From Camelus ferus (lineage: Eukaryota), in contig NC_045696.1 in NCBI RefSeq assembly GCF_009834535.1, forward strand, positions 10,418,001-10,482,000: a stretch of 64,000 nt of DNA, in the 5' to 3' direction. The position numbers and the translations under genes were made by a program. The notes under the pieces are model-generated. The model saw only the letters and a list, made by a program, of their open reading frames with translations. It was not told the origin of the DNA and searched no databases. This document shows positions 28,143-40,311 of this stretch, in pieces; positions within the stretch are counted from its first letter, which is position 1, and each line of letters begins with the position of its first letter.

Positions 28143-28429
28143 ACCCCGTTTTTGACTTCTTATAATTTGGGTACCACTCCTCAGTCTTAAATGACATTTT
28201 GCTACGCAGAATCAGCACTGACTTCTTCGGATTTCTACAACCATGTGTTTTATTCTGCTGTCTCTCTACAATTCCTTCAGTGCTTTGTACAGTGTGCTAA
28301 GTACCCAAAAGAAACTTAGAGACCAGCCATCAGAAAGCACTATCCCTGTCTAGTTTGGGGCCCTATTATTTAATGTACTTCTGACAGTGAAGTACACATA
28401 AAACCTCCTGCACAGTTTCCTGATCGGTC

Positions 28430-28432
<3 letters not shown>

Positions 28433-28462
<30 letters not shown>
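28433..28462. repeat. (AC)n microsatellite
   Basis: Direct reading. Confidence 0.95.
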
Positions 28463-28464
<2 letters not shown>

Positions 28465-29375
28465 ACACACATATGTGTAGCGGCATGGATGCCCACAAAT
28501 GCACTTATTATACAAACTTATTAGTTCAAAACTAACATCAAAGGATGGAGAGAAATCAGTCACAGTATCGACTTCCCTTCCCCCTCGTTTTTTGTTTCTT
28601 TCTAGTCTTTCTTTTCACTCTTCCCTTCCTGCCTCACCTGTACTTGCCTTTGGTCCTTCTAGTCCTCTGCCCTCAGTGTCTCTTTCTTTCCCACCCCTTT
28701 CTCCCCATAATGCACTTCACCTTCCACATTCCTCTTCTCTTCTTCCTAGTTATCCCCTACGATTTCCAGTCAATATAAACTATATGCCGTCCTCTTCCAC
28801 CTACGTGGTGCCAAGACTTCACTCATATTTGGTTAGTCTCTACCCAGTCTACAGAGTTCTCTCCAACTTTGTTAATTCTCCACTAAAGTAATCACTAAAA
28901 AATCTGCCAAAACTTCTAAAATAATCCAGAAGATGGGAGGGCTAACTTGAATAAGACAGAGTGACTGGACTGAGGTCATTTCAAGGACCCATGGAGGAAG
29001 TGGGTTCTGAAGTAAAGATTGGGGTCACATGCCAATTATTCCAGACTGAGGAAGTAACACATGCAACTAGAATCACACCTTTGAAAAAAAGAAAAAGAGC
29101 CAGCAAGAACACTAGACGTTATTAGAAAACACTCAATTTACAACAAATGAAGCAACTGAGGCCCAAGGAGGGTAAGCGATTAGCTCGATGTCATCCAGCC
29201 AGTTACCGGCAGAGCTGGGACTAGAATTAAGCACCCCATTTCCAGTACGTCTTAACTACCTCTCCATCAGTCCTCATGTGTGCAAGGGGCTGCGGGTGGC
29301 TGAAGCAGAGTGAAAAGAAACGTAATAAACTGGGCCAAATAAACTGCAAGGGGGCGTTTATGGAATAGAACTTAC

Positions 29376-29499
29376 TGGAGCCACTGAGCTTGAAAGGTCA
29401 TGTCGGTCATGTTTTCAAATGTGTAATCCCATTTCAGAACATAGATCTGATTTTCAGCACTGATCTCTATATTTTCTGGCGAAGGCAGTTTATGCTCCA
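29376..29499 (-). CDS. IFNAR1: IFNAR1 exon 6
   Basis: [41 protein letters not shown]; 124 nt; donor gtaagt. Confidence 0.95.
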
Positions 29500-30374
29500 C
29501 TGCAAGACAAAGAATACACAGAAAAACACACACATTTACTCTAGGGAGATAACACATGGTTAGAATTCTTAACAGCCTGGACAAGAAGATAAAAAGGCTT
29601 GCATTTCATTCATTATGAGGTAACAGCTACATAAGCTACGGTGCATATATACGCACAGTAATACTAGGCAGCCATTTAACAGAACGTGACAGATCTGTAT
29701 GTACCAACATGAAAAAGGGAGCCTCCTTACATTAGGTTAAACAAGCAAGTTTCAAATAAATCTAGCAGGACCCTATTTCTTAATTTAAAAGGCACATTCC
29801 CCCCAACTGCAATTCTGCAAATACGTTTGTATAAATCCTGAAAAAAGTGTGAGACGTTGCACACAAACTACTGGCAACGCTTACCTCTGATCAATGGAAC
29901 TGGGGGTAAGAAGGCAGGAGAGGAAATCTTTACTTTAAGCCTTTCTGTACTGTTTGATTTTAAAAACAAAGCATATTAAATTTACAATTAAAATAATAAA
30001 TCCGAGCTCCCTCCCTTAACCTTAGTTGTTGGCAAGATGTCACTGATTAAATGTATCAGTATGCGTTCATATTTTAACATTTCATCTCTAAAGGTATGCT
30101 TTTTGGAAGACTAACTATTCTCTGGCAACTCCCTCCCCTTTTTGTGGATTCTGAATAAAAAGTTTTTGTCATTAGAAAATATTTTCATCACTATTAATTT
30201 GCGACAAAACCCCCCAAAACACCTTTTTGCTTATGTAAATGCTGTTAGAATGCTTGTCTTCATATCTATAAAACCATCATATAAACTTCAGCAACGATGG
30301 AAAAACTGCCAAAATTAATAGATTGCCAATCTATGTATATAGTTATTGAATCTAAAGCAAAACTCCCTCCTCAC

Positions 30375-30516
30375 CTGTGGTAGTTATACAAGACACCGGG
30401 CTATAGACACCGAATTTTCTTGATGAACGCAGTTCTGCTCTCACTTTTAAACAATAAGTAGTCTCTGGTGAGAGTCTATAAATTTTATCTCTGGAATAAA
30501 CACTTTCAGTCCTTTC
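30375..30516 (-). CDS. IFNAR1: IFNAR1 exon 5
   Basis: [47 protein letters not shown]; 142 nt; AG/GT boundaries. Confidence 0.95.
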
Positions 30517-30632
30517 CTATAATTTAAAAAAACAGAAGCCTGTTTGTTAAAAAAGTGTAAAGTCAAATTTTAGAATCAATTCACATCATTTTTTTCCCTC
30601 TCACATCAAACAAAAGTGAAAGTAACACTTAC

Positions 30633-30791
30633 TTCTAGACTGGAAGAGTTTTCCCAGATAACCAAGCTATACAGAAAGTTTGACTTGATCCATAGCCCAC
30701 ATGGTACTATCTTTTGTTCCAGGAGGAGAGATGTTTACTATTATCGCCTTATCTTCAGCTTTTAAACGTACGTCTGGAGGACCAATTTGAG
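30633..30791 (-). CDS. IFNAR1: IFNAR1 exon 4 (contains +1 frameshift)
   Basis: [36 protein letters not shown], then frame slips (VKLSV*); the next frame reads [17 protein letters not shown] up to donor gtaagt; 159 nt. Confidence 0.93.
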
Positions 30792-30849
30792 CTGTAAAAA
30801 TCAAAACATTAACTATAGAACTTCACTAACACAAGCCAAAACATTCATA

Positions 30850-32100
30850 CAGTTCTAAGCACTTATGTGCCTGGCGTATGAAAAAAAGAAAGTTCCTCAT
30901 GAAGTGAAGGACATGAAAAAAAAATTCAAAACAAATTATGTATGTCATGCATGCTATAAGAAAAACGAATTAACATAAAGGGACAGAGAATGGTAGCAAG
31001 AGCTGTTTAGCTAAGTTAGTGAGGAGAAGGCCCCCTGAGACGTTTGAGCTGAGACCTGAACAAAGCGAGGGACTCAGTCATTCACGACTTTAAGGGAGAA
31101 GTGTCCCAGGTTGAGGGGCACCAAGTGCAGAAACCCTGGGATGGGAACGGGCTCACTGTTTTCCAGAGACACTAGGGGGCGCTCGAATGGCCGAGTGGTT
31201 GAAAATGAGCTCAGAGGTAGCTGGAACCCAGCCAACGGGAAGGACTTTGAGTCCGTGATGCACTGGAGGATGCGATTGGAGGAGTGCCGAGATTTGATTC
31301 ACTTTTTGGAAGGACCACCTGGGTTAATGTGTGCAGAAGCGGGGAAGCTACCGCAGGTCTATGACAAATGGAAGTGGCTTGGCGAAGGCTGGGAGTTGGG
31401 GTGGAAGTGAGAAGGGACCCAATGCAGGTTCTACTCTGAAGGCTGATCATTCGGGACTTGCTGATGGACTGGATGGGGGATGTGAGGAAGCGATGTCAAA
31501 GGTGACACCAGGGCTCTCGGCCAGAGCGAATAAGTAGGTGATGTCATTAACAGAGATGGAAAACACTGCAAGAAGAGCAGGGCGGAGGGGGAAAATCAAG
31601 AGCTCTGCTTGGCTCTTTCAAATCTGAGCTGACTTTTAGACCTCTAAGCAGAGAGGCTGAGGAGAGCTGGTGATACAAGTCAAAGTAAGGGGAAGGGAGG
31701 GGCCTGGAGATACAATTGTGGGGAGTCCAGAGGACAGACAGTATTGAGAGCTATACGATTCCCAGGGGAGGGCGGGTAGAGAGAAGTTCCATGGCTGAGC
31801 CCTGCAGCTTCCCAACATTTAAAGGTCTGGAGGACGAGAAGAAACAGGCAAAGGAACAACCAAGGAGCAAGAGGAGAGCCAGGAAAGCACAGTGCCCTAG
31901 AGAGCAGGGTTTCAAGAGGAAGGGAGTGGTAATCACACCCATGCCACAGAGGGACTGGGCCTGAAGAGGACTGGGAATCCACCTGGCACTGTGGAGGTCT
32001 CAGTGACCCTGGCAAGAGTGGTTTCAGTGCAGTGATGGGGAACGAAGCTTGAAGCAGAAGGTGGAAGAGGGAGGGGGAGAAAGAGTACAGAGAGGGGTAC
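30850..32100 (-). mobile_element. L2 fragment in intron 3
   Basis: TTTGAGCTGAGACCTGAA, GTGCAGAAACCCTGGG, GTGACCCTGGCAAGAGTGGTTTCAGTG motifs. Confidence 0.65.
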
Positions 32101-32129
32101 AGATCACTGTTCTGTGTGTTTCGGTATAG

Positions 32130-32625
32130 GGCGGTGGTTCTCAGACTTTTTAGTTTCAAGATCCCTTAGAGAAACTGAGGGTCCGGAAGAGCTTTTGTTT
32201 ATATGGGCTATGTCTCTGAATATCTAGCATATTAAACATTGACACTGATAAAAAATTAAAATATTTATTAACTCATTAAAAAATAGTAATGATAAACCTA
32301 TTACATGATAAAAAATATTTGTGATATAAAAATGACTACATTTGCTAAAACAAACCAAAAAATTTAGTGAGAAGACTGGTGCTGTTTGAACATTTTGTTC
32401 AAGTCCCTTTAATGTCTGGCTTAATAAAGACGGATGTGTCTCATACCTACTTTTGCATTCAGTCAGTCATCAGATCACAGCAAACAGCCTCTAGAAAATG
32501 CCAGTGTGCACTCAAGAGAGAATGAAAATGAAAAAGGCAAGTAAGCCTTAGAATTATTAGGAAAAGTCTTGACCTTAGAGACCTCCTGAAAGGGTCCTGA
32601 AGACCACACTTTGAGAACCACCACT
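32130..32625. mobile_element. hAT Charlie1-like non-autonomous DNA transposon
   Basis: Terminal inverted repeats GGTGGTTCTCA / TGAGAACCACC. Confidence 0.7.
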
Positions 32626-32813
32626 CTAGGGAGAGCAGGGAAATGTGGCCATAGCAGGAGGGAAATACAGATTTTAGGGAATCTTTGTTTTTTGTTTTTT
32701 TTTTTAAAGATGGAAGATTTTATAGTATGCAAATAAACGGGCCTGGGAAGTGAGCTGTTCTGGTAATATTTAATAAAGAACACAATGTAATTCAGCTGGC
32801 AGCTTTTTCTTAC

Positions 32814-32995
32814 CTTTTTTAAATGGTACAAACGGGGGAACCTCATGCCACTGAGAAGTGCTGTTTCCTTTTTCTGCTCTTATGCGCAATTTAATATTTT
32901 CGTAAACACTTCTTAAGTGGAGTGAAGAAAAGCTGCATTCGGTACGAGTAACATACTGACACCCAAGCAGTTTTCTCCAATTACCCATCCCTGGT
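32814..32995 (-). CDS. IFNAR1: IFNAR1 exon 3
   Basis: [60 protein letters not shown]; donor gtaaga; 182 nt. Confidence 0.95.
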
Positions 32996-35302
32996 CTTTA
33001 AAATAAAAAAGTGAATGAATGAATGAACATTATAAATACAAAAAAGTGACAAACATGTTTGCTATTTACATCATTATAAAGCAAGTATAAGCAGTTATTT
33101 CTTCTACTTGAGTTAAGGTCCCGACAGCATTAAAGTGGGAAACATTCCACTCTTTTTCAATGCATATATACCAAGTTATTATTTATACAATGGAATAATT
33201 CTGACATACAGTTAACTTTTTAATACAGTTCTATAATTCTGTGGGTGGCTGCATCAGGATTTCAAAGAAGCAGAGAAACAAAGAACCCATAAGGTAAAAG
33301 TGGATTAGTGCTGCCTTTGTTAAAAACAGCTGCACAACCTCTGGCCCATTGCTTGTATTCGGGATCCTCTCTTCCTTTCTGAAAATTTCGGAACTGGATT
33401 TGATGATTCCCTTCTGACCTCCTCCTACGAATAGATTTACAAGCCCAAAGAAAGACCTCAGAATCGGCATGCTTTGAGAATTTCCTCTGCTCTCCTCAAA
33501 ACCAGACCATTCCTTCTACAAACCGTAATTCCTTCTATTACATCATTAGAGACAAAGAACTTAAAATGTTAACATAAACTAACAAACTTCTCAAAGTGGA
33601 TTTAGTCCATCAAAAAGTTTAAGTGGAAAAAAAAAAAAAGGTTTAAGTGACTGATGAGATTCTTTAACCACATGAAGAAATCCAGTCGGCATGGAGTGCC
33701 TGAAACAGAGAGGTCATGTTGCTACAGAGGGGGAAGAGGAGGCTGAAGTGAAGGTGAGGGACAGAAAACAGATAATAGGTTTCAAAATTTTTGCCTATGA
33801 TAAGCTCTGTCTGCCTTACACCAGGCAGAAAAACTATCCTCTGAGAAGGCATTTCTGTCAGGACTAATTCAAAGTTCTAGCATCAGCTAACTTTAATTTT
33901 TTTGGTAATACTGCAGACCTCATTTTAAAGATGCTACAACATCTTTAATAAAAAGGTAAGGTGCTTTTTATTAAGATATAAACTACGGATGATATCCAAA
34001 TAATTTTTATGTTGACTCCAATTCAAGTCTACCTTATTTTTCAAAAAGGAAACAATAAAAATTATTGCTAAAAAATTAGCAATAACATACACTAGCATAT
34101 GGGACACTTCAATCCTGGCCAGCTTCCCCTTCTACTCTACCTATCTGTGCTCTGAGATTAGAGTTGGCATTAATAATACCTTAATTTAAATGCAAATCTT
34201 CCTGAGAAACTCCTCCACATCACAGTCTATTTTTAAAAAGTCCAGGTTTAAAAAATCTAAGCCCAAAATTCAGATTTTGTTTTTCTCAAATGTCATTTAT
34301 TAGAAAATTTAATTCCAGAGAAATTAATAAGAGATGTAAGGAGGCCTGGGAAGTGGGTACAGTACACAAACCTCTTTAAATTAGGGGCATGGAGGGTCAA
34401 AATAAAAGGAACTACAGACAAAAAGCCAGTAATGTGTCTCTGGTCCATTTATCTGGACAGCTCCTATTATGAACAGAAAACCTTATAAAAAATTTAAAAC
34501 TAGGCCTTGATATGGATTCAGCCCATCTGCACGCTTCACATCTGCCCTTCCTGCTGCAGGAGGCACAGTGGCATGCCCCACTCCAAATGCTCTTAAAAAA
34601 AAACTTTATCATATGTAATATTTAGATTAGAGCAGAAATATAACCTGAAAATGAATATGTAACCAATATGAAATTCATTTCATAAGAGCCATCTCAGGAC
34701 AGAACTTCATGCTGTCTTTGTCTCCCCTGTTCACTAATGTATTCCCAGTACCCAGCAGAGTGTTTGGCATAAAAGGCACTCAGTATCTGCTGAATGAAAA
34801 CTACACACAGCATAATAAATTTGAGACGTAAGTCACGAACACTGATGTCTTTGACAGCGTGTGTTCGACATGCACTGGCACCCCAGCGGCTGATTTATGC
34901 GTCTGTGTATTACTTCTCACCAGTGGCGTCTGTCCTACGTTCTGAGACTACACTGCAAAGTGTCTGTCTGCTGCTGACACTAACTACACTTCAGCCGATC
35001 ACGTACTCCGCACCACTGTTCTGCACACTTATACACAACTGTGCGACGCTCACAACCTGCTGAGTTAGATGCTTCATCACTGGGGTGTCCCAGCCCAGTG
35101 TGCCTGCCACTGTCCTGGTTTAAGCTTATTGCTTCAGCTTATCTAAAATTAAGTGCTTCTTTTCACTCTCAGAAGTATCCTGGTTTGAATGATAACATAT
35201 GGTCAGATTAATTTTTATCTTCACTTAACAGATAAGGAAACTGTGATAAAGAGAAAAAGTAGCAAAGGATGGATTTACACCCAAGCAGCCTGGCTCAAGT
35301 CC

Positions 35303-35372
35303 CTGCCACACTACACCACGCTAACTGCCACACTACACCACGCTAACTGCCACACTACACCACGCTAACTGC
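35303..35372. repeat. 22-bp tandem repeat, ~3.2 perfect copies
   Basis: CTGCCACACTACACCACGCTAA at 35303, 35325 and 35347. Confidence 0.95.
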
Positions 35373-35792
35373 TACTCTGACTCCCTAAACTTGTGGCCTG
35401 GCATATTCTTACAAGGCAACCATCTATAAAGCTAGAAGTGAATAGAGTCAGAACGCATTGAAACAGTGCATCTGACACTAAAGTCAGAATGGAAGCGTAA
35501 AAGATTACTGTGCACTGGAGAGTTTAGTATAAACAATAGGACACGTGAAGGAACAAGAATACGAGAGCACGGTCTTGGCTCTGTTCTTCATTCTGAGGGT
35601 AACTTTAAATAAAGATATGTGAAATAATCTGTTATACTTAAAACAGTTGTTTAATAAGAACATTCTGAACTAAGGCAAAGAACAAAATTGGTAACAAAAC
35701 TCAAAGTTCAATTTAAAGAAAATCTCTAAAGATGAAAATTCTTCAATTATCAATTCTGAGAAAAACTGTGTGTGCGTGTACACACACACATA

Positions 35793-36008
35793 TAGTTGAC
35801 CTGTGAACAACACTGGTTTGAACTGCATGGGTCCAATGACATGCAGATTTTTTTTCAATAAATACATATTACAATACATGATCTAAGGTTGGTTGAATCC
35901 ACGGAGGCAGACCGCAGATATGGAGGGCCTACTGTAAAGTCACACTCAGATCTCCAACTGCTTGGGGGTTGGCACCCTAAGTCCTGCCATTGTTCAAGGA
36001 TCAACTGC
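35793..36008. mobile_element. MER8/Tigger2-like DNA transposon
   Basis: Inverted termini AGTTGACCTGTGAACAAC / TTGTTCAAGGATCAACTG. Confidence 0.75.
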
Positions 36009-36753
36009 ACACACACACACACACTACTAACAGTCAACTGGAGAACAACAGGGCTGTGGTTGATGCAGTGGAATCCTGGTCCTGGAAATTCTACGCCCCG
36101 TTTCGTCACTGCCTGCATCCCTAGGCTGTTTGTTGCACAGGGATCATGGTTAGCAGACAGGGCTCCAATGCCCAAAGCGAACTACTGTACTTCCTGAGCT
36201 GTATTTCCTCCTGTAAACTTTCTTCTTCAACTCCCTGTCTGCCCGTCCCCTTGGCAATCAGTAACTGGAAAGTGAGCACTAGGGAGGAGGCAGAAACTCC
36301 AGAAACACTGGGTCTGTGGGAACACAGGGCTCAATATACTGATGTTTATAACGTGTATCTAAAATGGAAATTTTGTGTATGATGGGGATACAAGAAAGCC
36401 TGGCAGCTGATACCAAAACTGCGGCTAGGCCTTGAGGGGGCACTCTCTCATATCCTCAAGGCATGCTCTAGGTCAGATCCTACTTTATGTCTGAAGAAGT
36501 TGGAGCATCCAGAACAGAGAAGGCATGGCTGTGGGCTACAGAAGTTGTCTGCTATCCTCACACTCCAAATTTCTTGCTTCAATGCCCAAAGATGACTGTG
36601 ACTAAGTCTCTGTAGAAATGAAGTTACAAATATACAAAGTAGCCATACATTTTCTTTAAAAAGTGGAAAAACTCAAGTTTCCCAAATCTGAAAAAAAAAA
36701 TCGGGTTAAAATTATAACAAGTATTCAGCAAATCAGTAAGTAAAGTGACGTAC

Positions 36754-36877
36754 ATTTGATACTCTGCTGAAAAAGTCACGTTCTTGAAATATCCACCGCT
36801 CCTGTTCCACTTCAGGGTGAAACTGTCATCAATGATGGAGACCTCTCCATTTTCAGGAGGTTTCAGATTTGTTCCTT
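36754..36877 (-). CDS. IFNAR1: IFNAR1 exon 2
   Basis: [41 protein letters not shown]; acceptor tttacag, donor gtacgt; 124 nt. Confidence 0.95.
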
Positions 36878-37559
36878 CTGTAAAGGCAACGACAAAAAAG
36901 ACAGTTATATCTACATCTGAATGCTATAGACATTTTTAAAAATGTTATTCTTTCCTTCATATCATTGACTGAAGAATGAATACATTTAAATATAACAAAG
37001 TCTATTTAAAAATCTGAAAACAAAACCCAAAAACCTAGTGATTACTCTCAGCACGGGGAGGGGGCTAATTTATTTCTAACTCTGCATTCAAGAGTTGGAA
37101 AAAGGCAGAGTTTTTTTAATCTATAAAAAGCAAACATTATATGCCAATATATCTCAATAAAGGCAGAAAAAATAGATCATAAAAAGGTAAAGATAAACAT
37201 GTGTTTTAATTAGAACAAGTCTCTGTATGAAAACAGTATTTTTCTTTGGTCTTGAAAGTGACAATGACATAAAGGATATATGGGTCAACTGTTTAACAGC
37301 CTCCATTTGGTTTCACATTCTCTGTTCAGAGAGGGATATACTCTGAGAGAGAACTGAACAGATGTGGTTTGCAAGGTGACAGACAGTCACAGGAAAAAAT
37401 ATTTACACAATAAAACCGAGAGGTAGAGGTATGAAGGTTTATCATGTCAGCCAAGCCCTACAGGAATCTGAGAAGATCCTGACTGCTGAAGATATCAAGT
37501 CTGAACCCTTCTGTATTTTTAAGGACTTCCATCTGAAGACCTATTTCTTATTTCTTTTT

Positions 37560-37790
37560 TTTTTTAACTGAAGTATAGTTGATTTATAATACTGTGTTAG
37601 TTTCAGGTGTATAGCAAAATGATTCAGATATATATATATACTTCAGATTATTTTCCACTGCAGGTTATTATAAGATTTTGAGTATAGTTTCCTGTGTTAT
37701 ACAGTATATTCTTGCTTATTTTATGTATAGTAGGTTGTATCTGTTAGTCCCATACTGCTAATGAATCTCTTTCCCCCATCCCTTTCCCCT
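37560..37790 (-). mobile_element. L1 3'UTR fragment
   Basis: Poly(T) then ACTGAAGTATAGTTGATTTA... Confidence 0.75.
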
Positions 37791-38089
37791 TTATTTCTTA
37801 TAGTTCTAGCACAAATCTTCCACCAGTTGGACGCCCTCTTTTCTGATTTTTCCCATTGGCCCCTCCAATCCGAATTTTTCTTCCTCTCTGACCACCCAAA
37901 TCCTCCAAGACCCAGCTAAAGTCCGCTCCCTAACAGAAAACCTTCCTCAAATAGTGCAGCTCATGCTGACCTTACTCTTCCTTTCCGCCGTGTCATGAAT
38001 CTGCACACTGAACTTCACATTAAGTACATGCACTCAGCCCAGTACCTGACATTGAGCAGGCTCTCAAAACTTGCGGAATGAAGTTTTTT

Positions 38090-38840
38090 TTGGCGATTTC
38101 CAGTCTAGACGGCGGAGTAGTAGGACCAAGAACTCGCCTCTCCTTGTAACTACAACAAAGCCACAACTGACTGCTAAACAACCACTGAAAAAACCAAAGA
38201 CTGGAATCTAGCAAAAAAGATCCTCTTCAACTGGAAACATAAAAAGGGGACCACAGCGGGATGATGGGAGGGGCATGCTCGGGATATAACCGGGCCCCAT
38301 ACCCCTGGGGTGGGCGACCCACAAGCTGAAGAACAGTTAAGTTGCAGAGGCCCACCCCACAGGAGTGAGAGCTCTCAGCCCCACGTCAGGCTCCCCAGCC
38401 CGGGGTTCCGGCATTGGGAGGAGACCCCAGGACACCTGGTTTTGAAGGCCAGTGGAGCTTAACTCCAGGAGTTAAGTGAAATAAGTCAGAAAAAGAAAGG
38501 CAAATACTGTAAGATATCACTTACATTTGGAATCTAAAAAAATACAGCAAACCAGTGAATATAACAGAAAAGAAACACTCGCAGATGTAGAGAAGGAACT
38601 AGTGGTTACCAGTGGGGAGAGGGAAGGGGTAGGGGCAACATGGAGGTGACAGATTAAGAGGTACAAACTACCAGGTATAAAATAAGCTTCAAGGATGTAT
38701 TGTACACCATGGGGCATATGGCCAATATCTTCTAATAACTCTAACTGGAGTATAACCTTTAAAAACTGTGAATTACTATAATGTATACTATACCTATAAC
38801 ATATAATATTGTGCATCAACTATACTTCAATTAAAAAAAT
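38090..38840 (+). mobile_element. L1 5'UTR-like segment joined to an L1 3' end
   Basis: GC-rich L1 5'UTR-like sequence to ~38470, then AAGTGAAATAAGTCAG...CAACTATACTTCAATTAAAA. Confidence 0.7.
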
Positions 38841-40015
38841 GACATTGTAAAATAAACACATATATAAATAAATAAACAAGAAAAAAATGTCTTAAAAAAT
38901 TGCTTCTTTATGTTAAACACAAACCTCCAACCAGATTTCAAGTTCCTTAAGGCAGGGTCTACATAGCTTCATACTTAATCTACGTTTTTCAGAGTCCTCA
39001 GAGTAATGCTAAGTTCACAGGAACTTTCTCAATATCACAAAAGATTGATTTTGATGAATTACAATTTTTAAAAGACCAGCTTTTAAATTTATTATTTTTT
39101 TCCTCCAGTGTTTCTAGCCTTTACTTCTGTGCAGGGCAAGCATGTTATCTTCCTGCAGACCTTCTACACCAGGGGTCCTCGTGTAGATCTTTTTTTATGG
39201 GGGCTGCTTCCTCTACTTTCCAGTTTGAGATACTACAGTATGGAGTCAACATGGGAGACATCTGAGAAAATATTTTCTAAATTATTTATTTTAATTTGGT
39301 GAGGTGCTCATTGAGCCTCCCCAGCCTTGACTTTCTGCATTGCGCTCGCATTCTCGGACTCCATCATTGACTAGAATACTTCCCCTTATGCCACTCTAAA
39401 CTTAATTCCCATCCCAGTTGTTGGAAGTTTATAGATCCCATGCAGCCAAAGAACAGTGATTGGGTTTACAGGATTAACAAAAAGGTCTGATGGCATTTGT
39501 AGTCTCTAGCCTAGAATATTCTAACTCTAGTAATTCTGGGTCTTGAGCAAGAACAAAGAAATCTGATGCCTGGGATAGAGCCAGGTAATTCCTCAGGGAC
39601 GCAATCCTTCTGCTATTAAGGTAAGGAAACTCCAGAGTTAGAAGCATCTTGGCATTTGGGAGACAAACAAATAACCAACTGATAAATGAACACATTGGAA
39701 ATAATTATTAAACAGGATCTTAGATGTCGTGGATTCTGTTCCATTAGTATTAACAATATCCCTTTGACAATAATTTAGTTCACCTTTTTAGCATGTAAAA
39801 TATATAAGTGGGTACTTAATTCAATAATTCTATTTATACAATTGGTTGCTTCCAACCTTTCACATTCATATTGATGACAAGAAATGATTTACTATATTTT
39901 TAAGTACGACATAAATCCAAAAACATACATCCATACAAATATAAATTTCCTCCTATAGTTTAGATAGTTTTCTTAGACTAGGATCCCAGAATTGCTTTAA
40001 AAGTATGAATATTTT

Positions 40016-40140
40016 AGGCGAGGTGGGTAGAGCGTACACTTGGCATCCATGAGGTCCTGGGTTCAAGCCCCAGTGCTTCCATTAAGGGGAAAATAAATAA
40101 ATAAATAAAGCATAAACACACACACACACACACATATTTA
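40016..40140 (+). mobile_element. tRNA-derived SINE
   Basis: GGTAGAGCG...GGTTCAAGCCCC, AAAT/CA tail, TSD AAAAG(T/C)ATGAATATT. Confidence 0.8.
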
Positions 40141-40311
40141 AAAAAGCATGAATATTCTGATGACTTTGAAAAACAGGGCAACATTATGATCTCAGGTTAG
40201 AGTTACCATTTCATTTAGTTTTGAATATTATTATTCCTTTGAGAAAAAAGTAGATTAGTTAATTGAAAGATACCTAAGCTTAACATATAGGATAATCAAG
40301 AACTAAATTGT

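Noticed and set aside
35303..35372. CRISPR-like array
   Set aside because: Head-to-tail repeats without spacers in mammalian DNA; simple minisatellite.
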